Assembly (NCBI GenBank): GCA_013265495.1
Contig: MU058337.1
Coordinates: 1,356,777-1,420,776 of the forward strand
Length of the DNA stretch: 64,000 bases
Direction of reading: 5' to 3'
Source of the DNA: Vicugna vicugna
Taxonomy: Eukaryota
The translations under genes were made by a program, and so were the position numbers. The notes under the pieces are model-generated. The model saw only the letters and a program-made list of their open reading frames with translations, did not search any database and had not been told where the DNA came from. The number at the start of each line of letters is the position of its first letter. The first letter of the stretch is position 1. This document shows, piece by piece, positions 48,709 through 62,558 of the stretch.

Positions 48709-50903
48709 TACCGAGGAAGACAATTAGGAGACCAAATGCTACCAAAGAAGCTACCAAAGAGATTTTACCTGGGGGGCTTTAGAAGTTGGAAAGGAAAACC
48801 ACGTGTCTCGGACGCGGTGGGCAGAGGTCCGTCTAGCATTAGGGCATCAGGTCTTTTCTTTTTTTTTCTTTTTAACTTCTCTTCTGAACTGTTGGACTCA
48901 ACAACTTCACAACTACACTGGAGGGCAGAGGCCCTTGACACCCCCTCTAGCTCTTTGAAGGGTTTTGCTCTATTTTCAATCTTATTCAGCCCAGAAGAGC
49001 TTCCTTCACATCCAGCATCATCTTCTCAGGAACTGAAGCTGTGAATTTAGCAATTCAGCCTCACTGGGTAGCACGTTAATGAACAAAACTAAAAGGCTGT
49101 GAACAGCCTTGATGTGGAGAAGGAATCAGAATGTATGTAGGGTTCATATTACAATGAGCATTTCACTGAAGTATTCTGAATTATTTCTTTAAAAGAAAAA
49201 GTATCAGAAGGTCTGAAAATCAAGAGAAAACTTTCCTTCATAAAATGCCTGCATTTTAAGAAACCAAAAGATAGTGGCAAAGACAACATGAAGCTAAAGA
49301 AAGAGACTTGTCTGCAGACTAAAAATGAAACTGAAGTGGATCCTGAACAGAAGGAATAAATAAAAAGTCTCCTCTAAAGGTAACTAAATTCTGTATCTTC
49401 CTAACCCAGTTGAGTCAGTATTTCCTCTTCTCTTCAAAAGAAAAGCTACTTAAGAAAAAGTGCTTAGTGGTAGCTTTGCTATTTTTGGTCAGACTGCCAG
49501 TTAGGTATAAATGAAAAATGTATTTGCTCAAGTCCTATAAATTGGGAGAAAAACTGGGGGGTAGGGTCGGTGACCTGACAGGAGAGAATGAATGGTGCTC
49601 GGAGAGAAGCACTGAGACTTCACAACAGACTATTTGTCTTGTCGCTTTGTCGTCTCCATATGGAGCTATTGAAACAGAACAATGCAGAAGCAATACATTA
49701 AGCCATAGCTCAAGTTCAATCCTCAATTATATGCTTTCTGATTATGTAGAAAATTGTATTCAAATTAACTCTCCATCCGCTTCTTATTGTCCGAGCTGAG
49801 GATTCCTGGACAGAATCAGCAGCTCTCTGGAGTGACCTCCGGCTCTCGGATTCTCTGCTGAGCACAGCCTCATGGCCTTCCCCGCCCTGCGGCTCAGTTC
49901 TCCCATCTGGTTTCACCCTGTGCGACTGTCTAATGGAAAAGCTTTTAAGTGGGAGGAAAACAATGTGATAGATGTCTTATTTTCCTCTGGAGTTGGAAAC
50001 AAAGCTTTGTGACACATTTGCTAAAAAAGGGCGGTTTATCTGAGTGCCTCTGTGAGTACATGTGTGTTCAGCATTAAACAAAGGCTTAGAAGAATAAGAC
50101 ATAATGTCTTCTTATGATTGGAACGACTGGTGTCATTCTTCAGCATTCATAACGCTTGGCTGGGATGTGACTGGAAGTCCACCTTTCCCATGCGATCAAT
50201 GCGAATAAATAGTTTACAAAGACACAATTTTAAAATCTTCTCCAGAATATCCAAATAGTTCATTAAAAAAGAATGTCTCAAGCAATTAGGTGGGAAGGTT
50301 AACCTAACAACCACAAACAACCAATCACATCTCTCTCTCTGAATTAACTAGATTCTTAACTGAATTGATCCACTGTCTCCTACTTACAGGAAGGCAGCCA
50401 AAGTCAGCTTTGTGGTTACGATGGGCTCATCCAGGCCATCCACGGGTCCTGCGTAAGAGCAGCGGAGACACTCCCAGAAGAAATCCATATCAATCTCTAA
50501 CGCGCATTTCAAAACATTTTCCTTTCTCATTCATTTTACATAATTCTGTTTTGTTTTTGTTTTAATTCCAGAACCGTCTCCTTTCTCTTTCCCACTCTAT
50601 TTTGGAAAGGTAAAAATATCTTTCAGAAATCTGGGAACTGGTTAAATTTCAACACATAGTTAGAAACTTCACATTGGAGACATAAAAGACTACAGGAGTT
50701 TAAAAAAAATGTATTTTAGAGAGTCAGTTCAGAGGAGATAATCAATTTTAAATATGAATAAAAACAAATTCTTCCAGAAAAGAAAGTACGTACACACGTG
50801 GCAGTCTTGGAACAAAGGACAAAAGAGCCTTTTTAGGGTTAGGATTTCAGACCCTGGGAATGAATGCTCCCTCAGTCAGCCATAATAAGGGGCAGGAGCT
50901 AGG

Positions 50904-51058
50904 GCAGCGGTGCACCAACGTTAAGGTGCATAAGAATCGCCTGAGGGCTTGTGAAAACACTGATTTCTGGGCAATACCCGCCAGAGACTCTCGCTGGTTG
51001 GTCTGGGGAGAGACCTGAGACTGAATTTCTGAGACTGCAAAGGATGCTGACATGGCTG
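50904..51058. mobile_element. MER5A-like hAT element
   Basis: 'cagcggtgcaccaacgttaaggtgcataagaatcgcctgagggcttgtgaaaacac...ggtctgggg...gaatttct'. Confidence 0.75.
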
Positions 51059-51329
51059 CTCTAAGAACAGAGACCTGGTCATCTGTGGGACCGCCTCTCA
51101 GACCTGCAGGAAACTAGGATGAAGCCAACCACAGTCCTCCCACCACTCAGTCCCAGGTCAGCCTCTCCACCTAAGCGGCGTCTACAAGGGGGCGATCTGA
51201 CCTGTCCCCTCTGCCTGACTTCCTTGTGACCTTCAAAGGACCAGATCAAGGTTCCTTGACAAATCCAGTCTTACTATACACCTAGCGCCAGTTTTCACCT
51301 AATGTCTGCCTCCACACGTCCCAACTTCT

Positions 51330-51590
51330 TTCTGCAAAGTATTGTGATCTAGAGGGAAGCGTAGGTGATTCCTGCAGAGTCGCCCTGCTCCTGAACTCTT
51401 ACACCGTCTGTTACTAGTTTCACAAGCCTGAGCACATCGGGTCATCTCTCCAAAACTCACTTTCCTTCGGTATAAAAATGGTGGTGTTAAGAAAAAACAA
51501 TACACACCTCTGCGAGGTCATCGTGAAGATCCATGAGACAAAGTGCAAGCCCGTTTGAAGCTGCAACACACTCCAGAAATGTCAAGGACT
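51330..51590 (+). mobile_element. MIR SINE
   Basis: 'ctcactttccttcggtataaaaatgg...acctctgcgaggtcatcgtgaagat'. Confidence 0.55.
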
Positions 51591-54500
51591 GTTATGAAAG
51601 ACTCCTGAACACATCCCAAAAGATTCTTTCGGAACAAAGATAGAGAAGACTTAAAATGCATAGTTACAGGGAAGGTGAGTGAATCAGAACTAAAGTAAAT
51701 TGATTCAATAAATAAACAAGATCATATCAGGTTATCTGAATGTTTCCTGTTTGGACGGTGAAGAGAGGCAGAAACCTGAAAAGGCAGGATGAGAAAAAAT
51801 GCACAGAAAGAGGAAGGAGGAGGGTCCAATGACAAAGCTGGCTGATGTCACAACCTTGCCTAAAGCCATTAACCCTGAGGGGAGCAGGGACAAAGCACAA
51901 AGCCTCCAGTAGTGACAGAGATCTTTGTGCATTCTTTTTTATGCTAGGAGCACTTCATGTACAGAAGTTTGGTTCCAGGGGGAACATTTTAAAAGATTTT
52001 TTGGGTTATTTAAAAGTTCTTTTAAAACCATATCTTCATTCTAATAGGTGCAATATTTACGTGAGACACATACTGTTTTTCATTTTAACGAAAATATCCA
52101 TTCTGCTGTTAAACACAACCGCATAGAACTAGAAAGTGCAGGAAACGATTTCTGTTCCCTCTGTCTCCTCTCATTCTCTGAATTCTGTGTCTCAGATGTA
52201 TAATCTCGTTATTATAATATTTATCTCAAAGAGAGATAAGGAGCCTTAGCCAATGTCTTCAGAATATAGGAAAAGTCCGTAATGTAAGATTTAGAAGGAA
52301 TGAAAATGACATTAATATATTACAAATAATCAAAACGCAGTAGCAAAAGAGATGACTGAATTCCAAATGTTTCCATTACTCTTTTAAAAAAATTTTTTAA
52401 ATAAATGAACTCCTGCTAGATGTCTTCTTTCTTGAGAGAGAATCTTTCCATTAGTATAGTAATTTGCAAAGCAAAACCTTTGTATTTCCTCGAGTTAGTT
52501 CCGTGAACAGGTTATTTAAGGGGCAGTTTTTCATTTGCAGAACATGCAAGACTCCAGCAACAGAAGAAGGGAAACTGTGTGCACATCACACGTGTGCGTT
52601 TTTGCCAAGAGACGAGACCCCCCGAGACTCCTATCACCAGTCTGGCTCTGGGATCAGTTTAACAGCTTGCTCTGAATGCATATGAGTGCTGACTGCTAAA
52701 TTTGCAAATGCCTCCCCATAAAGGTTATGCACCCACTGTAAACGCAGCGTCTTTTCAAAAAGATGGCCAGGTTGGTTGCTAGGAGATGGCGGGATTCTCT
52801 CAGAGAAAAACCAGTCCTGACAAAAAAATTTTTTACATAAAGACCTTTTAAACATAAATACCTTTGACAGCAGCTATTATTATTCACTGAGTTCCTTCAC
52901 ATCTGAATAAATGGCAGAAAAATGATGACGTTATTCACATGCCATTATCCACTAAAGTGTTCAAATAGAAAGAGTCTTATTTCCCTCTCTCTCGCCTTCT
53001 CTTTGTTATTGCTAAAGAAAAAGGAGAAACCTTCTTCATTTTGTTTCTTTCCACTGGATTTCTCTGCTTTCCTCTTTAGAGTCCCAGTCTAACAGAAACC
53101 TCTCAAAACCTGAGACTAAAGATGTGGATTACTGCATTTTCCTTCCAGACGAAAATGCCTATTTTTAAAGGACGGTCGACATGGAGAAGAGGGAGACACC
53201 AGCAAGATTAAAAAGAGTGCAACCAACTTCCCCAAACGGGAGGTTCAGAGAAAGCAGGTGGGAGGCTGTGCTCCTTGAAAGCAACCATCCGTTCAATTTC
53301 ATTTCAATAATGTTTGCAATTTTCTTCCTACTGGGTTGACTGGAGGCACAGCTGCCCTCTATGTGGGTCCATACGCCCAGCTTTTACTAAAAATGACCCT
53401 AACAAATAAAACGTGAAGCAAGTAATAACTTGCTGTTTATAAATTGTGTCACCGATAAATGAAGCAGCAATCTTTCCTAATTCAGTGTGCCCTGCCCGTC
53501 CATTGAGGACCTGGGAACCTCCCAGCTGAACCGCACAAGAGGCAGCTGAAGCCACAATGCCGGCCGGCGGCCCCGCCCCACTGTGACCAGAGCCACTAGA
53601 CGCGTCCCCCCACGACGCTCAAAGTAAGGGATCAGCGTTGAAACACATTTCATTTCCATGAGAATGGCCACCCCCAGCTCCCAGTGTATTATTTTTGTTG
53701 TTATTGTGAATACTGTACAAAGTTTCTTAAGAATTTTTGTTTGTAGCATGCCTTAGAGTCGGGACAGAGGCATGTTTCCTTACACAAATATTGACATGAT
53801 TCCCCTCCCCCCCACCGTTTACTTAGCATTTTCCTGTGAAAGGCTCAGTATGGTAATGTCCCTTCACCCTCTTTCACACATTTGTTCTGACTCTTGGCTC
53901 CAGGAAGTTCTTATTGTTCTAATCAATGCTCGCTGGCCCAATGACATTTTTTTCCCTTTCAGTGACAGACATGGTGTGTTTCCTTTCTGGAAGTTCTCAC
54001 GAGAGTTTCTTGTGCTGTGCTCCATATACACCAAAAAAAAAAAAAAAAGATGACATATTTGCATGTACTCTCTTTTCTGGTTCTTTTTTGCTTGCCTTTT
54101 TTGGTCACAGCCTGCTAGCCAACACCGTTGCTGATTGTATAAAATGGTGGAATGCTGGATAAGAGAGCCCTTCCAAATTCCAACAGCTCTCTCCAAATTC
54201 ACGGGACATGGATTCACGGCTGAATTGTGGCAGAACCCCTTTGTGAGTGGCCAGGGCGGAGGCATGCTGCTTTTGGATGAAGGGGCTTACCTGAGTGTCT
54301 AGTCTTTTAGGTGTTCCAGAAAACTTTGTTTTTCATAGGCAATTCCTCAATTAGACAATTTACTGGTCTCACAGCGTTCTCTCTGCTTGTGATGATTCAT
54401 TATTTCAGTTTCAAGAGTTGGCTAGTGTGCCTTTCTTGCCAGAACAGAATTCATTCACTGATTTCTACCTTGAAATAAGAAATACAAATGGTAGCAACAG

Positions 54501-56951
54501 GAAACCCCTGAGGTCGAAGCCCATGGACCTCAGGGGATGGACACTACCCTTTCCAAGCTGGGCGGGGGGGGAATCACTTGGCCCTCCCTGGTTTACCACT
54601 CCTACCACTTCTTGCACTTTTCCTCATGGACCCAGGTGTTTCTGAGCCTGTTAGATAGGATGAACTTCGGCAGAGGACCCCTGCACTGAATGCTCAGTGG
54701 GAAAGGAGTCTTCAAGAAGACTGAGAAGCTCGTGGCTGATTTCTACCTCACCAGGCATGCCCAGGAGAACCCTTCACCACATGGCTTCCTATTCTACCCT
54801 TCTTTCAAAAACATCTGCTCTATTTTGGGAAGTTGGTTTGACCAGAGAAAGCTCCTCAGGGTGAAGGCTTAGATCAGTAAGGATTCTGGGCATGTCAAGG
54901 GAACTAGAGACCTGGCAGGCCCATTGGGCCATGAGCAATTCAGCCCAAGCCAGGCCCAATGAATTTGGGAGCCAGGCAGCTGTGCCTCTGTTCAACACCC
55001 AGCAGCGCTCCCAGGCTGAGAAAATGTGACCCATGGCCACCTGGATAGGCTGAGCTCATGATGGTCATAGAAAGGTCACGCACAGGCTTCTAGGAAGGAC
55101 TATCCAGCATCAGCAACAGCCCTAAGCATTCCTCACTGTGTTCCTCCATCTCCCCACTCCTCTCCTCACAGTCCCTCCCCATCTACTCCTACCCCACACC
55201 CATCCATCGAGACCCCTTCCTTCCCAAATGGTAAACCAGACGTATTGAACTCCAGTGTGAAAGTTTCCAAGGCACAGTGCAATCATCCCTCCTTTGCGCT
55301 CCATTCTTTTACAAGTTACACTGCAGGTATGATTTATTTCTGGTTCATTTCCTGTGACTCAGTTACACAGGATGCAAAATTACGATAATAACGCTTGTCT
55401 CCAGATAATGAATAAGGGGGTTGGATTTCTCATAGCGGAGATGTTATACAAATGCAAAGTATCATTACAGCTAAAGTCCATGACTGAAGAAATTAAATTT
55501 CCTGGAATGTTTTATATCTAGCAAGAATGTTTGTAATCCTCTGTATTTACCGCTAAACGAGGTGGACTACAAGAAAGAAGATATTTAAGGGGAAGGAGTG
55601 AGTTCAATGGGAAACATTAACAAATGGGAAAATTGCAGCCCTGCATTTGTTCTTTACGGAGAAAGAGGGTTTGGTAAACACGCAACAGGAAACCCTGTTT
55701 GATTTCTGCAAGGAGAATTTAACCAGCAACAGACTCATGTGGAATCTTCAAAGGAGAAGTTTCTATACTGTTTACCTTTTGATATACAGCTGAAAAAGAA
55801 CGCCATGCCGCAGCTTAAAAGAAGTGATATCATGAGTACTGACCCAGTTCTGCAAGAACTAAATACTTAACTGGACATGTAGCAAATGAAAAGTTTTGCT
55901 ATAAAAAAAGCTGAAAAAAAAAAGATGTATTTGATTTGGGAGGGAAAGGGGTGACATATTTTTAGTAATTTCCCAAATATAGTTCCTTTATTGTTTCATA
56001 AACGCATGAGACAATCAAATTCAGGGTTTTAAAATTTTTCACATGTCAAACATATTTTGAGAAAACAGCCTATTGGCAATTTTCCATACCTGTTTCCATC
56101 TCCCTTGTTGCTATGATGTACCAACTTCCAGCCTTATGAAAGCAGAACAAAGAAAGAAACAGTATTTCTGGAAATGTACATTTATGGAATGCCACACACC
56201 AATTTAAAGGTGCTTCCTCTAAGTAGGCAGTAACTGGTATTGCTTCAGACCATCGAGCCAAGAAATGTCCACTGCCCCAGCCCATCTTCATCAGAATCAA
56301 GTGTTCCTCTTTGAGCTTCCACCAGTGTAACTGCTAGAACCACGATGTGCCAGCCCATCTCTGTGCTTCCTGAAAGACCAGGGGAGAAGACGAGTCTGGG
56401 AGCAGAGCTGGGGGCTGCAGGCAGAGTTTACTCAAAACTATTTCTTATACCAACTCCAGCTCTACAACTTGCCTTAAACACCACTAGTTTTCAAGCCTGG
56501 GACGCAGCTCTCCCAGGCCCTGTCTGACTGCTCTCCAGTTCCTGGTCATTTTTGGATGGAGGCGATGCTCCCTGATCCCAGACCTGGGTACCAGACTCCA
56601 CAGATGAAGAGGCTCACTCACCTCCTACCTGGGCTGGGGTGCACTGTGCCTACATCAACTTCCCTGGCCTCACAAATCGTACAGAAGCCTGAGGTCAAGC
56701 ACCGTCACCTTACACGTTTGTCCTCACCCTCTTACTCTTCCATCCCGCCTCCAAAGTCCTTTCCCCAGACAGACATCTCCCACCCAGGATCCCCAGACAT
56801 GTCACGTCACTTATCCCTCTGGGACTCCCTTTGCATTTGACAGATATAGATAGGCCAGAAGCTTTCTAAGGGAGCCCCAAAGACTAGAACCACCTGACGC
56901 TCCCGCTCAATGGCAGTAAAACCTTCCCGAGCCACCATATAGAAACAAGGT

Positions 56952-57040
56952 GGGGGAGGGTAATAGCTCAGTGGCAGAACACATAGTTAGCATGCATGAG
57001 GTCCTAGGTTCAATCTTCAGTGCTGCCATTAGAAAAAAAA
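56952..57040 (+). mobile_element. tRNA-Ala-derived SINE (Vic-1-like), more diverged
   Basis: gggggagggtaaTAGCTCAGTGGcagaacacatagttagcatgcatgaggtcctagGTTCAATCttcagtgctgcca followed by an A tail. Confidence 0.85.
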
Positions 57041-57159
57041 AGCTAATTAATGAGATTTGCTCAGGATTTACTTTGGGAGGAGAAGTAGAATGGAGAAAAG
57101 AAAAGAGGTAAAGCAATATATTTTAGTAACTTCAGCTTGAAGTCATATTCATTTAATTA

Positions 57160-58100
57160 CGTTTTTAATTGTTTAGTTATAAAATATTTCAGACCTGTGA
57201 GAAAGTATCAAAAAATGTAGTACACAACTATTGACTTATCGTAGATGTTTCACAAATACTATCATTTTGCAACATTTGCTTCAGATCTTTCAGTTTCAAG
57301 AGATTAAACTAATCATTATCAGCTAAACAATGACCTTCCTCCTCTCTGTTACTCATCTCTCACCGCAGAGGTAAACTCGAATCTAAAAATGTGTATCATT
57401 CTCATGCTTGTTTTTGTATGTCACTCATGTAAGAATTCATATACAATATACACATACCATTGCTTCTGTGTTTTAAAATTCACATAAATGTTTACACACT
57501 GTTTAATTAATTTCGTAGCTTTCTTTCACAATTATGTTTTTCCATTGTATCCACATAGTTACATATAGATCTAGCTCTACCTATGTTGCATACTATCCTA
57601 TTCTATGATTAAATCACAGCTTCCTTGTCCATTACACTAAAAAAGAATGTGTAAGCTGTGCTTACTTTTTACTGCCATACATGATGCTGCAATGATCATC
57701 ATTCTGCACATCTCCTCAACATTTGTGTGGAAGTTGCTCTAGAAGAGACACCTAGAAGTGGAGTGCTGGCACTGTCAGTCTTACTCCATATCATTCTGCT
57801 TCTCTTTGAAGAGGTGAGACTGTCACAAGTCCACCAGGGATGCACAGGCATTCCTGTGTTCCCTCATCATCATTAGCCAATAGCATAAATGTGAAATTGT
57901 TGTTTCATCTTGCATCTCCTTAAAGGCCAGTTCCTCTGTTTATTGATTCTTCTTTCATATCCTTTTTATACCCCCTGCCACTGTTTTCCTATTTAGTATT
58001 TAAACTTTTTCTTATTGATTTATAAGAGTCCTTTATATATTCTGGATATGATCTTTGCTTGCAGGTAGCAAATGTCTCCTGCCAGTCTGGCTATCCAATT
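57160..58100 (-). mobile_element. Old L1ME-like fragment
   Basis: 'gctgcaatgatcatc...cacctagaagtggagtgctgg', 'ttgatttataagagtcctttatatattctggatatg'. Confidence 0.65.
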
Positions 58101-59799
58101 AATATTAAGAAACAATAAATAAATAGTGCTTAGGATAGAGTTATGATGTTAATATCAGGTAACTTATTAATATTTCTTCTATGGATAAACATTTTTCTTC
58201 TCTTCAGAGCAGAAGGCTACTTTGTTTATCTGAAATGTTACATTACATATACTTCTGAATATTTTCAAAAAATGTGACAGTCTTTAATGTTCACAACTTG
58301 GCATCCTTTTACTGTTTATGAATATCGCTATAGTTGACTTATACAATAGAAAGCAGATTCTAAAACTGCTAAGTCTGAGTTTGAAATATTATAGAATGCC
58401 AGCGGCATATCCTCCAGCAAACACTTATCTTAGAAACCATTTTATAAAACAAATCCTATTCTTGGTGACATATTTGTTCTCTGCCCATAGTACCAGGGAG
58501 AGCTTCATGAGAGGTAAATGTATCTCTGTGTACATGTGTGTATTTGTCTATGTCTAGCAAGTATCTTTATGTTAATCTTACACTCCAATTGATAAATTAA
58601 ACTTTGAGGAAACTATGTTTTTATGGCACCAGTGCAACATATGCATCATGGAAAAGTAATTTAGTTATGCCTTAATTCTTCACTCATTTCCACTAAAATA
58701 AATACAGAACAGATTCAGAAAACTGATGCTGAGGACAGACAGTGAATCTGTGAGTCCGTGGCTGGAAGCCTAAAATATTATTTTGAATTAACCTATTAAG
58801 TCATTTGAGATAATTCTATCCAGATTTTAGTCTGTGTTTATTCAACTGATTTATTGTTGGTTTTTATTTCTCCCAAATGGGACTCATGTCTCTTTAAAGC
58901 AATGTTTTCCATGTTTTCTACCATTTTTATTTCTCAAGGTACTTTATATCCTAATTACTGAGTAATGTATCATGTACTCTTAATTATGAAATGTAGATTT
59001 ACTGTGTGTCCATTTTAGTGGGTGATTTTCTATATATGTACATATATACACACATACGTTGCATCAAAATGGCTTTTGCAAAAGACGGTGATTATAGTTT
59101 TAGAAGCGTTACATCACTTTAAACATTTCTATGGGTTTCTGGAGATTCCTGATACAAAAATGGATTTCCCCATGTGACTGCAGATCCTAGAGCCAATCGC
59201 AGGCCACTCAGCAATTTACCTCAAGTCTTAGTTGATCTGTCACGGAGAGAGATGGTCTTTGTTTTTCAAACAGCAACATGGGGAACGGAGACTGGGCAGT
59301 CTTGGATTGGGACCCTCCTCCATAACTTGGGATTTTGATAGAGCCACTCAGCATTTGTTCATCTGTCTGTTAAAGTGAGAATACCCATCTTCTGAGGTTG
59401 CTGTGGGATCAACAGTCCTGGCTCAGGGCAATAGAGAGCAAGTAGCACTAGTTTCTTCCTCCTCCACTGTGTCTCCCTGAAGTCTAAGAATATCCTCACT
59501 GACTGAGTCCTCCCTTAGGTTTCTCACAACCTAAAAACCATCCCAAAGTAAGAAAACCTCATGCTGATCACTTCTTCCCAACTCCACCTGGAGCCTCCTG
59601 AATTCCACCTGGATGTGGAGAAGCTCATCTGCCATAAACCAGGACTTCATAGCATTCTTAGACAAACTCTGACATCTTCACAGCCACATGCATGCCACCA
59701 GTTCTAGAAGCCTGCCTAAGTGCTACTGGAAAGATCACCCCAATGAACTGTAACAAATCTCAAGAATCCGACCTTCCAATCAGCAATAACAGGTGACAT

Positions 59800-59975
59800 T
59801 TTTTATAGAGCCTGACAGTGTACAAAGATTTCCATGTGCTTTATCAACTTTCACAGTCTCTGTGTATGAAGGTCGGGTAGACTGTTATCCCTTTCTTTTC
59901 AGTAAGAGGAAACTGAGGCTTGAAGGGGCCAAAACACCGAGTCATGGGTGGAGACAGGACTTTACAGTCTTCTGA
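59800..59975 (-). mobile_element. MIR SINE
   Basis: 'ttatccctttcttttcagtaagaggaaactgaggcttgaagggg'. Confidence 0.6.
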
Positions 59976-62398
59976 GCACCTGAATTTTCTATTATGCTGG
60001 GTTGAACTCTGTGAAATTGCTATTTTTATAGGTAGGATCCACAAATTCTTATGGTTTTCCCTGTACAAAGTTACCTTACTCAGAAACACTGTGGCAGCAC
60101 GTGACACACACTAACACAAACTAGCCCAGAACTGGGAGCCGGGACTGCTGAGGGCTAAGAACCCCTCTCACAGCGTGGCTGGCGTCAGGCAGAGACTGAG
60201 CAGGGGCCCTGAGGTCAGGACCTGCTCCCTCCTCCTATTGCTGGCCGTTTCCGGGTAAGCCTCCTCGTGTGGTGCAAAGGCAGCTACTGAGAGCTCTGAG
60301 TTTCCCTGGTCCTTACAGTCAGGACTTCAGCAAGCAGAGAGCTCCTCTTCCCTGCTGCCTTCAGCAGAAGTCCTGGCTTGAGTCTGTGGCCCAACTCAGG
60401 CTCAGGACTGAGGCAATGACATTGATGGAGGTTTTAGGGATGTGTGATTGACAGCTCAACAGTAATTAGAGGGGAAGTTTCCAAAATTAAAGAGGAGATC
60501 CCAGAAGAAAGGTGAAAAAGTGATGCTCAGGCAAAAATAACCTATATCCATTGCATGTAAAATACACAGATCTACAAAAAATCTAACTTTCTCCTCAACA
60601 CTGTTGTTTGACTTAATTAATGAAAAGATAAAAGCAGAATAAAAAGAATAAGACAGAGAGAAATTAATTAGACAGAGACCAAGTTTTAAAAATAAACAAT
60701 AAGTGGCATTTGGTTAACTACATGCTAGAATGAATTCACTTCTAAAGTTTAAGGAATGTATTACTTTGACATTGATAACATTTTTAGCTATAAAATAAGA
60801 AAAACAGTCAAGTTTTATAGAGGGTTTTTAAATATCAAAGTTGGCTTTTTTCACACAAATACAATGCTTACTATTTCATCTATCAAGTCCTTGTAGTGAT
60901 ATTTGAAAATTAAATAATGTCCATCCACTGGGCCAAAGCCCACGTGTTACCTGTGTATTCCTGTCACTCCCACTGCCCCAAGGCTCAGTCAAGCTGGAAA
61001 CAGAACTGATTTCAGGTCAGGCACAAGCAAACTATTTACATCTACCCTACAAATCATATTGGCAAAAATCAGTAAGAAAGGACTTAACAAGTTGTGGGGA
61101 GCCTACTCTGTCTTCACAACACATTAGGTGCTACACAGAAAAGCCACCATCCAGTGTAAGCAGGGGAAGGCATCAGTGTCAGCCAGCATATTTAATATTC
61201 AATACGCTCGAGAGCTTTCATTTTTAAGTAGAAAACGAAATTAGATGTTCTAATAGTTCTCTCCCACACCTCAGGCAGCTACTGGGCATCACTTGTGTGC
61301 ACACGGTGCCCGTGTAGATGCAGACACAAATGCGTGCGGTCAAGCAGGACCGGCTCAGGTCTCTGTGGTCCTTGTGGAAGACAATTATGGTCTTGCTGTT
61401 CACAACACATTGGTGACACAGCAGAAAAGCAAGGGAGAAATTTCAGTGCAGGGAGGCTTACTGACTTTTTTCAAATAGAACTCTTAGAACTGAATTTCTC
61501 AAATGATACAATGCAAAGTCAGAGTATTCAAGAATTATAGTCTTGTGCCTTAACAAACACCTTAAAAAATAATTTTGGAAGTATTTCAGCAGAACATTTT
61601 AACTGAATTGGCTATTTACATCCCAAAACTTAAGTTATTTCTTTGAGCAATGCCCAATTTCACAGAGCAAAATTCTTCACTTAAATGCTATGACACCTGA
61701 TCTTGCTAATAAATACACAAGGAAAAAAAAAATCTTGGGTATGTCTTTTCATTTTTCATAAACATTTCAAAAGATTGATAAAATATCCAATGCTCCTTCT
61801 TTATGCACCATATTATTACTAAAATAAACTCTTCATTTTAACTGTATTCTAATAAAAGTTTGACATCCACATGTTTTATGGGAACAAATTGAAGAAATTT
61901 TGCCAATAAGTAAAGAAAAATTTCCATTAATAAATACAGCTACTTCTCCATTTTCAAACTCAAATGGAGAAAACTGTTGGTTATCAGACTTAAAATTACT
62001 TAATCAATTCCTATCTTTGCCAAATAATGAACACATTTTAAGGAGACTTGAGAATCTAACTGCTTTGATTCTTTTTACCATGGCTCCTGAAATCTTGAAA
62101 ACATTTCAAAGCATCTACCTCAGTTATCTAAAGATGGGTGTAACTCATCGTGTTATGAACAGTAGTAGTCTTTTTTTTTTATTTCTATGCAATGCCCTTG
62201 AGAAATGAGATAGCCAGAAATTATTACAGCTACTAGCATCTCAGGACACTTTGCAGAATAGCTGCAAAGAGATTTCAAGGTTAGAAAAGAATTATGCATG
62301 AGAGATTGATCTTCGGTTGACTCAAAATCTTGGTAGAATTTAGCCTTTAAGTTTACTGGTTATTTAAATTAGCATTACACATACACACAAAGACTTAC

Positions 62399-62558
62399 TT
62401 TGCAATGTTTTTGTTTTTCCAACTAAAAGACACTGTTTCAAAATAGCATAGTAAACATTAAGGATTTTAGACATATTTCAAAGAGCTATTCTCTTTTTTC
62501 AATTATTTTTAATTTCAAGAAGAATTTATATGTTGGACATTTGCAATAATAGCGTTTG
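62399..62558 (-). other. Candidate 160-nt non-coding exon (or 24-nt microexon 62399-62422)
   Basis: Acceptor ctctccatttgttctttttgcacag| and donor aaa|gtaagt; stop codons in all three frames. Confidence 0.25.

Noticed and set aside
48233..49044. Two ORFs with near-identical N-termini (76 aa and 165 aa)
   Set aside because: GTG-started chance ORFs duplicated by the tandem duplication; no recognisable protein.
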